Source: Spirochaetota bacterium
GTDB lineage: Bacteria; Spirochaetota; Spirochaetia; Treponematales; UBA12059
Assembly: GCA_018262985.1 (NCBI GenBank)
Contig: JADFDI010000003.1
Span: 35,577 to 99,576 of the forward strand
Direction: 5' to 3'
DNA length: 64,000 nt
This document shows, in pieces, positions 37,451 to 46,581 of this stretch. Position 1 is the first letter of the stretch. Each line of letters opens with the position of its first letter. The position numbers were made by a program, and so were the translations under genes. The notes under the pieces are model-generated. The model did no database searches. It had not been told where the DNA came from and worked only from the letters and a program-made list of their open reading frames with translations.

Positions 37451-38809
37451 TCAGCCGCGCACGTCGCGCGCCCAGCGGCCGGAGCGGAGGCGCCGGCGAC
37501 CCGCGAAGAACTTGGCGAACTCCTCCACGTTGAGAAGGGCGAACACGGCCCAGGCGGGCAGCTTCCAGGCGAAGGCGCCGAGGGCGGCCAGCGGGACGCC
37601 GATGCCCCAGACGCCCAGCAGGTCGAAGAGCATGCCGAAGCGCGTATCGCCGCCGGAGCGGCAGATGCCGACCACCAGGTGCAGGTTGAAGACCTTGAAG
37701 GGGAAGGCGACGCCGAGCGCGAGAAGCATGGCCTTGGCGCCGGCGACCGTGGCCTCGTCCACCTTGAAAAGGAGCGGCACGAGGAAGCCCGAAGCCGCGA
37801 GGAGCGATCCCGCGACGGCCCCGAGGGCCACGCCGAGGTCCGCGAAGCGCTTCGCCCAGTCGCGGGCGCGCGGCAGGTCGCCTTCGCCGATGGCCTTGCC
37901 GAGCATGACGGCCGAGGCGTTCGCGGTGCCGAAGAAGAGCACCATGCCGAGCTGGTTGATCGTGTTGACGATGTTGAACGAGGCCACCGCCCCCGTGCCG
38001 ACGCGCGCGAAGATGCCGTTGTAGAAGGTGATGCCGAGCGACCAGGCCACCTCGTTCAGGATGACGGGGAAGGCCACCATCAGGAAGCGGGCGACCCAGG
38101 CGCGGTTCCAGGAAAAAAGCTCGCGGGGCGTGCCCGCGGGCGGCATTCGCCTCGCCCAGGCGCCGACCGCGAGCACGGTCGCCTCGATCCAGCGTGCCGC
38201 CACGGTGGCGATGGCCGCTCCTTCGACGCCGAGCGCGGGCGCGCCGAGCTTGCCGAAGATCAGCGCCCAGTTCAGGACCAGGTTCGAGCCGAATCCGACG
38301 ATGGTCGACGCGAGGGGGAGGCGGACGCGCTCGGTGCCGCGAAGCGAGAGCCCGAGCGCGAACGAGAGCGCGGTGGGCGGGTAGCTGGCGGCGGCGACGC
38401 GGAGGTAGCGCGAGCCGAGCTCGACCACGGCGGGATCCGGGCTGTAGAGTCCGAGTATGAGGCGCGGGAAGGCCATGGCCGCCGCCATGTAGAGGAGCGA
38501 GGCGCCGAGGCCGAGGGCTATCGAGAAGCCCGCCGTGCGCCTGACGCCCGGCAGGTCGCGGGCGCCCCAGTACTGCGCCGTGAAGATGCCCGCTCCCGAC
38601 GAGATGCCGAAGAGCAGCAGCATGAAGAGGAAATAGACCTGGTTGCCGAGCGCCACGGCGGCGATCTCGACCTGGCCGAGCCTTCCGACCATGACGGTGT
38701 CGAGCATGTTGACGCCCGAGACGACCAGGTTCGAGAGGGCGATGGGTACCGCGAGCCTGAGGAGGTCGGGAAGGAAGGAATCCGGGCGCGCGGCTTTCTC
38801 GTGTGGCAT
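37451..38809 (-). CDS. MATE-family efflux transporter
   Basis: 452 aa with 12 TM. The N-terminal LLRLAVPIALSNLVVSGVNMLDTVMVGRLG is typical of MATE (NorM/DinF-like) proteins. Confidence 0.88.
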   Translation of the reverse strand: MPHEKAARPDSFLPDLLRLAVPIALSNLVVSGVNMLDTVMVGRLGQVEIAAVALGNQVYFLFMLLLFGISSGAGIFTAQYWGARDLPGVRRTAGFSIALGLGASLLYMAAAMAFPRLILGLYSPDPAVVELGSRYLRVAAASYPPTALSFALGLSLRGTERVRLPLASTIVGFGSNLVLNWALIFGKLGAPALGVEGAAIATVAARWIEATVLAVGAWARRMPPAGTPRELFSWNRAWVARFLMVAFPVILNEVAWSLGITFYNGIFARVGTGAVASFNIVNTINQLGMVLFFGTANASAVMLGKAIGEGDLPRARDWAKRFADLGVALGAVAGSLLAASGFLVPLLFKVDEATVAGAKAMLLALGVAFPFKVFNLHLVVGICRSGGDTRFGMLFDLLGVWGIGVPLAALGAFAWKLPAWAVFALLNVEEFAKFFAGRRRLRSGRWARDVRG

Positions 38810-38900
38810 GGAGCTTCCCCGAGGCCGCCTGAGGGGCCCCGCGGCATGGTAGCGGAAAGCGCGGCGCGCGGCCAGAGCCGGGGCGGGCCCTCCCGTCCCG

Positions 38901-40514
38901 CTAGTCGCTTCCTTCCGCGAGCTCCGCGACCGCGCGGCGCACCGAATCGGCCTCGGCGTCGGCGCGCGCGATGAGCTCCTCGAGCCGCGCCATCGAGCGC
39001 ATGACGGCGGCGCTCGACTCCTGGATGCGGGCGGCGTCGACCGCGAGCCGGGCCGAGCCCTCGCGCGCCGCCGCGATCCGGCGTTCGGCGCCTTCCTGCC
39101 CCGTCTCGATGCGGCGGGCGCCGTCCCGTACTTTGACGGAGGTTTCCGAAAGCTCGCGCATGGCCCGGTCGATGTCGCGTCCGCCGGCCGCCAGTTCCTC
39201 GACCGAGTTGAGTATCTCCCGGAAAGCGTCCGACACCCGGACGATCTCGGTCACGATCTCGGTCATCGAGGAATCGACGTTGCGGACGTGGGAGTCGGTC
39301 GCCCGGACGGCCTCCATGATGCGTTTGAGGTCGCGCTCGATGGCCAGCGCGTTGCCGGCGGAGGACTCCGCCAGGGTGCGGATCTCGTTGGCCACGACCG
39401 CGAAGCCCTTGCCCGAATCGCCGGCGTGCGCCGCCTCGATGGCCGCGTTCATCGAGAGCAGGTTGGTGCGGTCCGCTATGTCCCCCACCACCTGGATGAC
39501 GTTGAGCAGGGCGCCTATGTCCTTCACCGTGGACTGGAAGGCCTTGCCGAGCTCGTCGACCGAGCCGCGCCCGGCCTCCGCGACGCCGAGCAGGCGTTCC
39601 GCGGCGTCCTTCTTCTGCACCGTGAGCTTCGAGACCGAGTCGAGGCTGGCCGCCATCTCGTGGACGGCCGCGCTCGATTCCACCGCCACGGCGTTCTGGT
39701 CGTCGACCAGGTTGGAGAAGTCCCGGGCGAGCGCGGCGCTCTCGCGCACCGTCTCGAGGATGGCCCCCATGTCTCCGTCGAGGGTCGCTGTCGCGTCGCG
39801 GGAAGTCTTCACCCGCTCCTCGATCTCTTCGTTCTCCGCGCGCGTTTCCTCGTAGAGCCCGCGGACGGCCTCGGTGGCCTCCTTCTGGCTGGTCGAGGAG
39901 CTCGCGACCCGCGCCGCCTTCTCGATGTTCCCCTGGAGGCGGCTGACCGTGTCGTCCATGAAGTGGAGCGCGCGCGTCTCCGTCCGCGACGACATGATCG
40001 CGAAGACGGAGCTGATGAAGTAGAAGATCGACGATAGGACGATGCCCTCGGCGATGGAAGCGCCGGACGCGGCCGCCGCGGGCGCGATCTTGAACAGGAC
40101 GATGAGGGCGAGCGAGGCCGCGCCCGTCGCGCTGATGCCGATCGGGTAGGCGGGCCGGTCGCCGAGCACGAAGCCGATGACGGGGAAGACCAGGAAGTAG
40201 ACGAAAACCTCGTAGATCTGCACCTCGGGCGGCTTGGCGGACAGCAGGGCGAAGGCGAGTATGCTGAGGCTGCCGATCACGAGGGTTATGGCGATGGCGG
40301 TCCGGTAGCGCTTCCTCCGGAGGAGGATCAGCGCCGAGACGAGGACCGCCAGAACGAAGCCCTCGGCGACTAGCAGGGTGAAGTCGAGGGTGAACAGGTT
40401 CTTGATGAAGGCGGTCAGGTCGGCCACGATCAAGGCGACGATGACCGCCTGGACGGCCTCGACCTTGTGGCGGACCACGACGTCCGCATCGCGGTAGATC
40501 CCGGAAATCTTCAT
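38901..40514 (-). CDS. Methyl-accepting chemotaxis protein with a polytopic membrane N-terminus
   Basis: 537 aa from MKISGIYRDADVV.... It has about 6 TM, then an MCP signalling domain with the conserved hairpin tip [36 protein letters not shown]. This is the C-terminal part of track ORF 38901..41144. Confidence 0.88.
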   Translation of the reverse strand: MKISGIYRDADVVVRHKVEAVQAVIVALIVADLTAFIKNLFTLDFTLLVAEGFVLAVLVSALILLRRKRYRTAIAITLVIGSLSILAFALLSAKPPEVQIYEVFVYFLVFPVIGFVLGDRPAYPIGISATGAASLALIVLFKIAPAAAASGASIAEGIVLSSIFYFISSVFAIMSSRTETRALHFMDDTVSRLQGNIEKAARVASSSTSQKEATEAVRGLYEETRAENEEIEERVKTSRDATATLDGDMGAILETVRESAALARDFSNLVDDQNAVAVESSAAVHEMAASLDSVSKLTVQKKDAAERLLGVAEAGRGSVDELGKAFQSTVKDIGALLNVIQVVGDIADRTNLLSMNAAIEAAHAGDSGKGFAVVANEIRTLAESSAGNALAIERDLKRIMEAVRATDSHVRNVDSSMTEIVTEIVRVSDAFREILNSVEELAAGGRDIDRAMRELSETSVKVRDGARRIETGQEGAERRIAAAREGSARLAVDAARIQESSAAVMRSMARLEELIARADAEADSVRRAVAELAEGSD

Positions 40515-40680
40515 GCCGTCAGAGTAAGCCGAAAGGGGGGCCGCGCGCAAACGGGGAGGCCGGCGCCGCGGGACGCTCCGGCCGCATGGCCGCCCGCTAT
40601 TCCCTCCGCCCCGTTCCGGGCTATGGTGCCGCATCCCCGCCTCCGGACCCGCCTTCGCCGGCCTCCCCCACAGGAACCCC

Positions 40681-42531
40681 ATGAGCCCCAAGGACTCCGT
40701 CAATCCGTCCATCAGGAACATAGCCATCATCGCGCACGTCGACCACGGCAAGACCACCCTCGTCGACGCGATGTTCCGGCAGTCGGGCGTCTTCCGCGAG
40801 GGACAGGAAACGCAGGACAGGCTCATGGACAGCATGGAGCTCGAACGCGAACGCGGCATCACCATCGCGGCCAAGAACTGCTCCGTGTTCTGGAAGGGCG
40901 TCAAGATCAACATCCTCGACACCCCCGGCCACGCGGACTTCGGGGGCGAGGTGGAACGCGCCCTTTCCATGGTCGACGGCGCCATACTCCTCGTCGACGC
41001 CTCGGAGGGGCCGCTGCCCCAGACGCGCTTCGTCCTCAACAAGGCCCTGGAGGGCAAGCTGTCGATCGTCGTCGTCATCAACAAGATCGACCGTCCCGAC
41101 GCGCGGGCCGACGCGGTGCTCTCCGAGCTCATCGACCTGTTCATCGACCTCGGGGCGGGCGAGGAGCAGCTCGAGTTCCCCGTGGTCTACGCCATCGGGC
41201 GCCGGGGCCTCGCGCGCGCCACCCTCGAGGCGCCCTCCGGAGCGACGGGAGTGGAGGGCGACCTCGGCTTCCTCTTCGACACCATCGTGGAACGGATCAA
41301 GCCGCCCGCCTATTCCTCGGCGGAACCCTTCCAGATGCTGGTTTCGGATCTTTCGTACTCCGACTACTTCGGGCGCCAGGCCATCGGCAAGGTGGTCAAC
41401 GGCAGCGTCCGTTCCAAGGACGAGCTCGTGTGCGTCGGCGAAAGCGGAGGTCGGAAACAGCTCAACGTCTCCAAGCTCCAGACCTACGTGGGACCGCGCA
41501 TCGTCGAGAGCGCGGGCGCCGAGCCGGGCGACATCGTCGTGCTCTCGGGCATCGACGACGTCCACATCGGCGACACGATCTGCACGCGCGACGCGCCCAA
41601 GGCCCTGAAGCGCATCATCGTCGACGAGCCCACGGTGGCCATGCGCTTCAGCGTGAACACCTCGCCCATGGCCGGCGCCGAGGGCACGCAGGTCACCACG
41701 AGCAAGCTGCTCGAGCGGCTCCGAAAGGAAACCCTCCGGAACGTCTCGCTGCAGGTGGAGGAGACCGGCGTCGCCGGCCAGTACCGGGTGAAGGGGCGCG
41801 GCGAGTTCCAGCTCGTCATCCTCATCGAGATGATGCGGCGCGAGGGCTTCGAGCTCTGCGTCGGCCGCCCCGAGGTGATCATCCGCCACGAGGGCGGGAA
41901 GAAGCTCGAACCCGTCGAGCACCTGACCATCGACGTGGCCGAGCCTTTCGCCGGCATCGTCACGGAGCGGCTTTCGGGACGGAGGGGACGGATGCTCGCC
42001 TACTCGGCGCACGGCGGCGGACGGGTCAAGCTCGAATTTTCTGCCCCCACCCGCGCCCTGATCGGCTACCGCGACCTCTTCCTCACCGACACGAAGGGTA
42101 CCGGCATCCTCAATTCCTACCTCTCCGGCTACGAGGAATGGCGCGGCGACTTCATCGACCGTTTCACCGGTTCGCTGGTGTCGGATCGGGCGGGCTCGGC
42201 GGTCACCTACGCGCTCTTCCACCTGGAACCCCGCGGCCGGCTCTTCGTCGTGCCGGGCGAGAGCGTCTACGAGGGAATGGTGGTGGGCGAGCACAACCTG
42301 GACACGGACCTGCCCGTGAATCCCGCCAAGCCCAAGAAGCTGTCGAACATGCGTTCCGTCCTCAAGGACGAGGCGCTCACCCTCACGCCCATCCAGCCCA
42401 TGACCCTCGAGCGCGCCATCCAGTTCATCCGCGACGACGAGCTCGTGGAAGTGACGCCCAAGTCCATCCGCATCCGCAAGGCCCTGCTCTCGGCCCAGGA
42501 CCGGAAGGCGGCCCGGCGAGAGGAACGCTAG
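40681..42531 (+). CDS. typA: Translational GTPase TypA/BipA
   Basis: 616 aa. IRNIAIIAHVDHGKTTLVD, DTPGHADFGGEVER and NKIDRPDAR, with BipA-type C-terminal domains. Confidence 0.95.
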   Translation: MSPKDSVNPSIRNIAIIAHVDHGKTTLVDAMFRQSGVFREGQETQDRLMDSMELERERGITIAAKNCSVFWKGVKINILDTPGHADFGGEVERALSMVDGAILLVDASEGPLPQTRFVLNKALEGKLSIVVVINKIDRPDARADAVLSELIDLFIDLGAGEEQLEFPVVYAIGRRGLARATLEAPSGATGVEGDLGFLFDTIVERIKPPAYSSAEPFQMLVSDLSYSDYFGRQAIGKVVNGSVRSKDELVCVGESGGRKQLNVSKLQTYVGPRIVESAGAEPGDIVVLSGIDDVHIGDTICTRDAPKALKRIIVDEPTVAMRFSVNTSPMAGAEGTQVTTSKLLERLRKETLRNVSLQVEETGVAGQYRVKGRGEFQLVILIEMMRREGFELCVGRPEVIIRHEGGKKLEPVEHLTIDVAEPFAGIVTERLSGRRGRMLAYSAHGGGRVKLEFSAPTRALIGYRDLFLTDTKGTGILNSYLSGYEEWRGDFIDRFTGSLVSDRAGSAVTYALFHLEPRGRLFVVPGESVYEGMVVGEHNLDTDLPVNPAKPKKLSNMRSVLKDEALTLTPIQPMTLERAIQFIRDDELVEVTPKSIRIRKALLSAQDRKAARREER

Positions 42532-42564
42532 CGATACCCCTATTCTCACCGTCTTGGAGATGCG

Positions 42565-42596
42565 AAACGGCCACCGAGAATCGGTGGCCGTTTGCC
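42565..42596. terminator. GC-rich hairpin between the typA 3' end and the tRNA-Ala 3' end
   Basis: AAACGGCCACCG-AGAA-TCGGTGGCCGTTT is followed by TTTGCC on the plus strand. The T-tract is short, so intrinsic termination is plausible but not certain. Confidence 0.55.
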
Positions 42597-42599
42597 AAG

Positions 42600-42672
42600 T
42601 GGAGAATAGGGGATTCGAACCCCTGACCTATAGATTGCGAACCTATCGCTCTACCAACTGAGCTAATTCCCC
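42600..42672 (-). tRNA. tRNA-Ala (anticodon CGC)
   Basis: The 73-nt sequence GGGGAATTAGCTCAGTTGGTAGAGCGATAGGTTCGCAATCTATAGGTCAGGGGTTCGAATCCCCTATTCTCCA folds into a full cloverleaf by hand. The G3:U70 Ala identity pair is present and the anticodon loop is TTCGCAA. CCA is not encoded. Confidence 0.93.
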
Positions 42673-42683
42673 GTTCGAAGGTG

Positions 42684-42713
42684 AAACTAGCAGGGGCGGG
42701 GCGGGTTTGTCAA
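42684..42713 (-). promoter_or_regulatory. Sigma70-type promoter of tRNA-Ala
   Basis: On the minus strand: TTGACA (42713-08), 18 nt, TAGTTT (42689-84). The mature tRNA 5' end (42672) is 11 nt further downstream. Confidence 0.6.
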
Positions 42714-42786
42714 GGGCGGGGAAGGACGGTGGGTGCCGCGCGCGCTAGGATAATGGTTGCGGAACAGGTTTCCGGAGGAGGCTGCG

Positions 42787-43320
42787 ATGGGTCGTTCGGC
42801 GGCGAAGACGATGGTGGCGGCGATGGCCGCGCTCGCGGCGCTCGGGATCGCGGCGGCGCAGGGGAAGGGCCTGTCGGCCTTCATCATGATGCCCGAGGAC
42901 GCGGGCGTGGCGGGCGAGGCGCTCGAGCGGATGCAACTGGACGCGGCCATGGCGGCGCTCGGGGCGGGCGGCAGGGTCGAGCGCTCCGGGAGCTCCTGGC
43001 GCTGGAGCGCGGGGGGGAGCGTGCCGTACCGGGCCGTCGGCAAGACCGAGCTGGCGCGGAAAGGGGGCTGGATCCTGCTCCGGGCGGAGCTCGAACCCGG
43101 GCGGCCTTTCGCGCCGTTGCCCGCTGGCAAGAACCGGAAGGTGGTCTTCACCTTGGACGAGTTGCTCGCCGCCCCGTACGGGACGCGGTCGCCCGAGCTC
43201 CACGCGGTCTTCATGGCGACGCGGACGGCGGGGCGGGACTCCTCCGGCGCGCGCATCGTATCGATCCTGTGGAACGCGAAGCGCTCGCGCTTCGAGGCGA
43301 CGGTCAGGCTGGCGAAGTAG
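42787..43320 (+). CDS. Secreted hypothetical protein
   Basis: 177 aa from MGRSAAKTMVAAMAALAALGIAAAQG (signal peptide). A strong SD GGAGGAGG lies 6 nt upstream. I recognise no family. Confidence 0.6.
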   Translation: MGRSAAKTMVAAMAALAALGIAAAQGKGLSAFIMMPEDAGVAGEALERMQLDAAMAALGAGGRVERSGSSWRWSAGGSVPYRAVGKTELARKGGWILLRAELEPGRPFAPLPAGKNRKVVFTLDELLAAPYGTRSPELHAVFMATRTAGRDSSGARIVSILWNAKRSRFEATVRLAK

Positions 43321-43951
43321 GAGCTCGCTCCGCCTCGCGGGACCGCCGCTCGATGGCGGGAAGGACCATGGTCTCGCACCAGTCGACGCCTTCCTTGACG
43401 AGGTCGAAGCCGTCGTTCGAGATGGCCCAGTCGAGGAACACGGAACGGAACGAGCGGTCGTGGAGCAGGGCGAGCCGGTCGGGAGGCAGGTCGGTCCGGA
43501 ACTCGCCGGAAGCCTGGCCTTCCTCCATGACGCCGCGGACGAGCTCGTGGAGGTAGCGGCCGGTGTCGATGAGCACCTTCTCGACGTCCGGCTGGAGGAT
43601 GTTGTTGGCGTAGAGCTGCTTGAGCGTGGCGACGCCGACCTTGTCGCGGACGTAGCGGAGCTGCGCGCGCGCGAAGGCGACGAGCTTCTCGCGGGCGCCG
43701 CCGTAGCGCTTGAGGTTGCGCGACCATTCGCGGTAGAAGCCGTCGATGGCGCGGAATTCCTCGATGATGATGTCGCTCTTGGTGCGGAAGTAGGTGTAGA
43801 AGCTGCCCTTGGCGGTGCCCGCCTCGCGGGCGATGTCCTCCACCGTCACCGCGTCGAACCCCTTCTCGCGGAAGAGCCTCAAAGCCGCCTCGAAGATGGC
43901 CTGCTTGGTGCCCTTGGCCTTTTCCTGCCGTTTCGTCATGCCCTCGGCCAT
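43304..43951 (-). CDS. TetR-family transcriptional regulator
   Basis: 215 aa from MAEGMTKRQEKAKGTKQAIFEAALRLFREKGFDAVTVEDIAREAGTAKGSFYTYF (TetR HTH). I prefer ATG 43951 because the promoter (43969-97) and SD GGGAGA precede it. Track start 43978 lies inside the -10. Confidence 0.85.
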   Translation of the reverse strand: MAEGMTKRQEKAKGTKQAIFEAALRLFREKGFDAVTVEDIAREAGTAKGSFYTYFRTKSDIIIEEFRAIDGFYREWSRNLKRYGGAREKLVAFARAQLRYVRDKVGVATLKQLYANNILQPDVEKVLIDTGRYLHELVRGVMEEGQASGEFRTDLPPDRLALLHDRSFRSVFLDWAISNDGFDLVKEGVDWCETMVLPAIERRSREAERAPTSPA

Positions 43952-43968
43952 TGCGCTCTCCCGGATGG

Positions 43969-43997
43969 ATAGTATCATGCAAGGCGCGCGGCGGCAA
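43969..43997 (-). promoter_or_regulatory. Sigma70-type promoter of the TetR gene
   Basis: On the minus strand: TTGCCG (43997-92), 17 nt, TACTAT (43974-69). Confidence 0.55.
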
Positions 43998-44031
43998 CGA
44001 GCAAGCGGCCCGGGGATGGCGGAATCGGCAC

Positions 44032-44060
44032 TTGACGGCGCCGATCCGACATCTTAGGAT
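44032..44060 (+). promoter_or_regulatory. Sigma70-type promoter of the SDR gene
   Basis: TTGACG (44032-37), 17 nt, TAGGAT (44055-60). Confidence 0.6.
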
Positions 44061-44097
44061 GACCACGGTCAATAAACGCGGTCAATGACCGCGGTCA
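44060..44097. promoter_or_regulatory. Putative TetR operators: two TGACC-NN-GGTCA palindromes
   Basis: TGACCACGGTCA (44060-71) abuts the -10. TGACCGCGGTCA (44086-97) has an extra GGTCA at 44080-84. Centres are 26 bp apart. Confidence 0.6.
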
Positions 44098-44142
44098 ACC
44101 AAAATGCGGGGCCCCGCTCGAAGGCCCCTCCGGAGGGACGGC

Positions 44143-44934
44143 ATGAAACTCAAGGGATCGACGGCGGTGATCACGGGCGGAGCGAGCGGCATCGGCGAGG
44201 CGATAGCGCGGCGCCTGGCGAAGGACGGCGTCGCCGTGGTGATCGGCGACATGAACCAGGAAGGCATCGACCGCGTGGTGGCCGACATCCGCGCCGCGGG
44301 CGGCAAGGCCGCCGGCAAGACCGCCAACGTGACGAGCGACGAGGAGATGGGCGCCCTCATGGACTTCGCCGCGAAGGAGTTCGGCTCCATCAACATCGTG
44401 GTGCCCTGCGCCGGCATCATCAAGGACGGCCTGATGATCTCGACGGACAAGGAGACGGGCAAGGTGAAGAAGGCGCTCTCCACCGCCGACTTCCGCGCGG
44501 TGCTCGAGGTCAACCTGGTCGGCACCTTCGTGACGCTCCGCGAGGCCGCCCGCCGCATGATCGACTCGGGCTGGAAGGGCTGCCTCTGGACGGTGTCGTC
44601 CATCCAGAAGGAAGGCGGCGTCGGGCAGCTCAACTACAGCTCGACCAAGGCCGCCGTGGCGCTCTGGCCGAAGATCCTGGTGGGCGAATTCCACATGAAG
44701 GGCATCACCGGCATCCGCGTCAACTCGATCGCGCCGGGCTACGTCGGCACGCCGATGGTGAAGGGCATGGACCAGGGCGCGCTCGCCAACATCGTGAAGG
44801 GCGTCAACCTCGGGCGCCTCATCGAGCCGGAGGAGATCGCGGACGCCATCGCCTGGGGCTCGGCCAACGACGCGGTGAACGCCACCTGCCTCGAGGTCAC
44901 CGGCGGCATGATCACCGGCATGATAGCGAAGTAG
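44143..44934 (+). CDS. Short-chain dehydrogenase/reductase (FabG-like)
   Basis: 263 aa from MKLKGSTAVITGGASGIGEA (TGxxxGxG) with catalytic YSSTK. SD GGAGGG is present. Confidence 0.88.
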   Translation: MKLKGSTAVITGGASGIGEAIARRLAKDGVAVVIGDMNQEGIDRVVADIRAAGGKAAGKTANVTSDEEMGALMDFAAKEFGSINIVVPCAGIIKDGLMISTDKETGKVKKALSTADFRAVLEVNLVGTFVTLREAARRMIDSGWKGCLWTVSSIQKEGGVGQLNYSSTKAAVALWPKILVGEFHMKGITGIRVNSIAPGYVGTPMVKGMDQGALANIVKGVNLGRLIEPEEIADAIAWGSANDAVNATCLEVTGGMITGMIAK

Positions 44935-44969
44935 GGGTATCGCGAAGCGGGGGGATGGGAGAGCCGAGA

Positions 44970-45006
44970 GGGAAGGGGGGCCGCGCGAGGCCCCCCTTCC
45001 CTTTCG
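44970..45006 (+). terminator. Strong GC hairpin after the SDR gene (also at the 3' end of the convergent aminotransferase gene)
   Basis: GGGAAGGGGGGCC-GCGCGA-GGCCCCCCTTCCC (13-bp stem) is followed by TTTCGG. Confidence 0.6.
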
Positions 45007-45022
45007 GACGGTCGCCTCGGGC

Positions 45023-46516
45023 TCAGGGCAGGGGTTCGAAGGCCGCCAGGAGGTCGGGGGCCGTCGCGCGGCCGTCCTTGCGGACGAAGTCGCCGGAGTC
45101 CTTGTGGAACTCGTAGTCGGCGCCCCACTCGCGGTACTTGGCCACGACTTCCGCCACCGCCCTGCCGACGTAGCGCGCCTCGGCGTCGGTCATGGTGGGG
45201 TGGATGGAGACGCGAACCCAGCCGGGCTTCTCGGAGAGGTCGCCGGAATCGATGAGCTCGGTGATGTGGCGCGAGCTCGTCTTGGTGATGTTGAAGAGGA
45301 TGTGCCCGTAGGTGCCGGCGCAGGAGCAGCCGCCGCGCGTCTGGATGCCGTAGCGGTCGTTGAGCAGCCGGACGATCAGGTTGTAGTGCTCACCCGGGGC
45401 GTAGAACGAGACGATGCCGAGCCGCTCCATGTTGGTGCCCTCGAGCAGCATGATCGAGGGCTCGGCGCGCAGTTCGGCGAGGAGGATTTTCAAAAGCTCT
45501 TCCTCGCGCGCGCGGATGTCCGCGACGCCCATCGCTTCCTTGAGCTCGATGGCGAGCGCCGCGCGGACGGCCTCGAGGAAGCCGGGCGTGCCGCCGTCCT
45601 CGCGGGCCTCGATCTGGTCGACGTAGCGGTGGGTGCCGAAGGGCGTGGTCCACTTGACCGTGCCGCCGCCCGGGTTTTCCGGGACCTTGCGCGTGTAGAG
45701 CGCGTTCGAGAGCACAAGCACGCCCGAGGAGCCGGGGCCCCCGAGGAACTTGTGCGGCGAGAAGGTTATGGCGTCGAGCCGCTCCTCGGGGGCGTCTGCG
45801 GGGTGCATGTCGATGTCGACGTAGGGCGCGGCCGCGGCGAAGTCGACGAAGGCGTAGCCTCCGTGGCGGTGCATGAGCGCCGCCATCTTCCGGTAGGGCG
45901 TCAGCAGCCCGGTGACGTTGGAGCCCGCGGTGAAGGCGCCGATGAGCATGGGGCGGTCGGCCGCGTCGCGCAGCATGCGCTCGAGCCAGGCGAGGTCGGA
46001 AAGGCCCGTCGCGTCGTCGCGCGGGATGATGCGCACGTCGACGTCGCATTCCTCCCAGGTGATCTGGTTCGAGTGGTGCTCCATGTGCGTGACGAGCACG
46101 AGGGGCTTCTTGCCCGAGCGGCAGCCGGCGCACGCCTCGGGCAGGCGCAAGCCGAGCAGGCGCTGCAGTTTGTTGACGGCGCCGGTCATGCCGTAGCCCG
46201 AGAAGAAGAGCGAGTCCTCCGGGCCGGCGCCGACGTGCCGCTTGATGATCTCGCGGGCGCGGTGGTAGGCCCCGGTCATGGCGACGCCCGTGTAGGTGGT
46301 CTCGGTATGGGTATTGGCGACCAGGGGGCCGAGCGTCTCGAGCATGAAGCGCTCGATGGGTCCGTAGAGGCGCCCCGAGGCCGTCCAGTCCGCGTAGACG
46401 AGGGGGACGCGGCGGCCGTCGGGAAGCGGCACCTCGGCGTCGATGCCGACGATGTTGGCGCGGTACGGGGCGAAACGGGATTCGAGGCTCACGGGTTCCT
46501 CCGGGTATGGCTCCAC
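45023..46516 (-). CDS. Class-V aminotransferase-fold PLP enzyme (cysteine desulfurase / selenocysteine lyase-like)
   Basis: 497 aa with a GTG start. HMEHHSN, the PLP-lysine region FSPHKFLGGPGSSGVL, and C-terminal RGGCSCAG are typical of this subgroup. Confidence 0.8.
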   Translation of the reverse strand: MEPYPEEPVSLESRFAPYRANIVGIDAEVPLPDGRRVPLVYADWTASGRLYGPIERFMLETLGPLVANTHTETTYTGVAMTGAYHRAREIIKRHVGAGPEDSLFFSGYGMTGAVNKLQRLLGLRLPEACAGCRSGKKPLVLVTHMEHHSNQITWEECDVDVRIIPRDDATGLSDLAWLERMLRDAADRPMLIGAFTAGSNVTGLLTPYRKMAALMHRHGGYAFVDFAAAAPYVDIDMHPADAPEERLDAITFSPHKFLGGPGSSGVLVLSNALYTRKVPENPGGGTVKWTTPFGTHRYVDQIEAREDGGTPGFLEAVRAALAIELKEAMGVADIRAREEELLKILLAELRAEPSIMLLEGTNMERLGIVSFYAPGEHYNLIVRLLNDRYGIQTRGGCSCAGTYGHILFNITKTSSRHITELIDSGDLSEKPGWVRVSIHPTMTDAEARYVGRAVAEVVAKYREWGADYEFHKDSGDFVRKDGRATAPDLLAAFEPLP

Positions 46517-46581
46517 TCTTGCAGCGATTCGGCGGAATCGTCAACTCGGGAAACGCCGGCGGGCCATGGACCGTCGGCGGG

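Noticed and set aside
45023-46516. Leaderless-type promoter for the class-V PLP enzyme (TTGACG at 46544-49, minus strand).
   Set aside because: No acceptable -10 hexamer follows at 16-19 nt, and the gene starts with GTG. It is more likely co-transcribed with the upstream HD-GYP gene.
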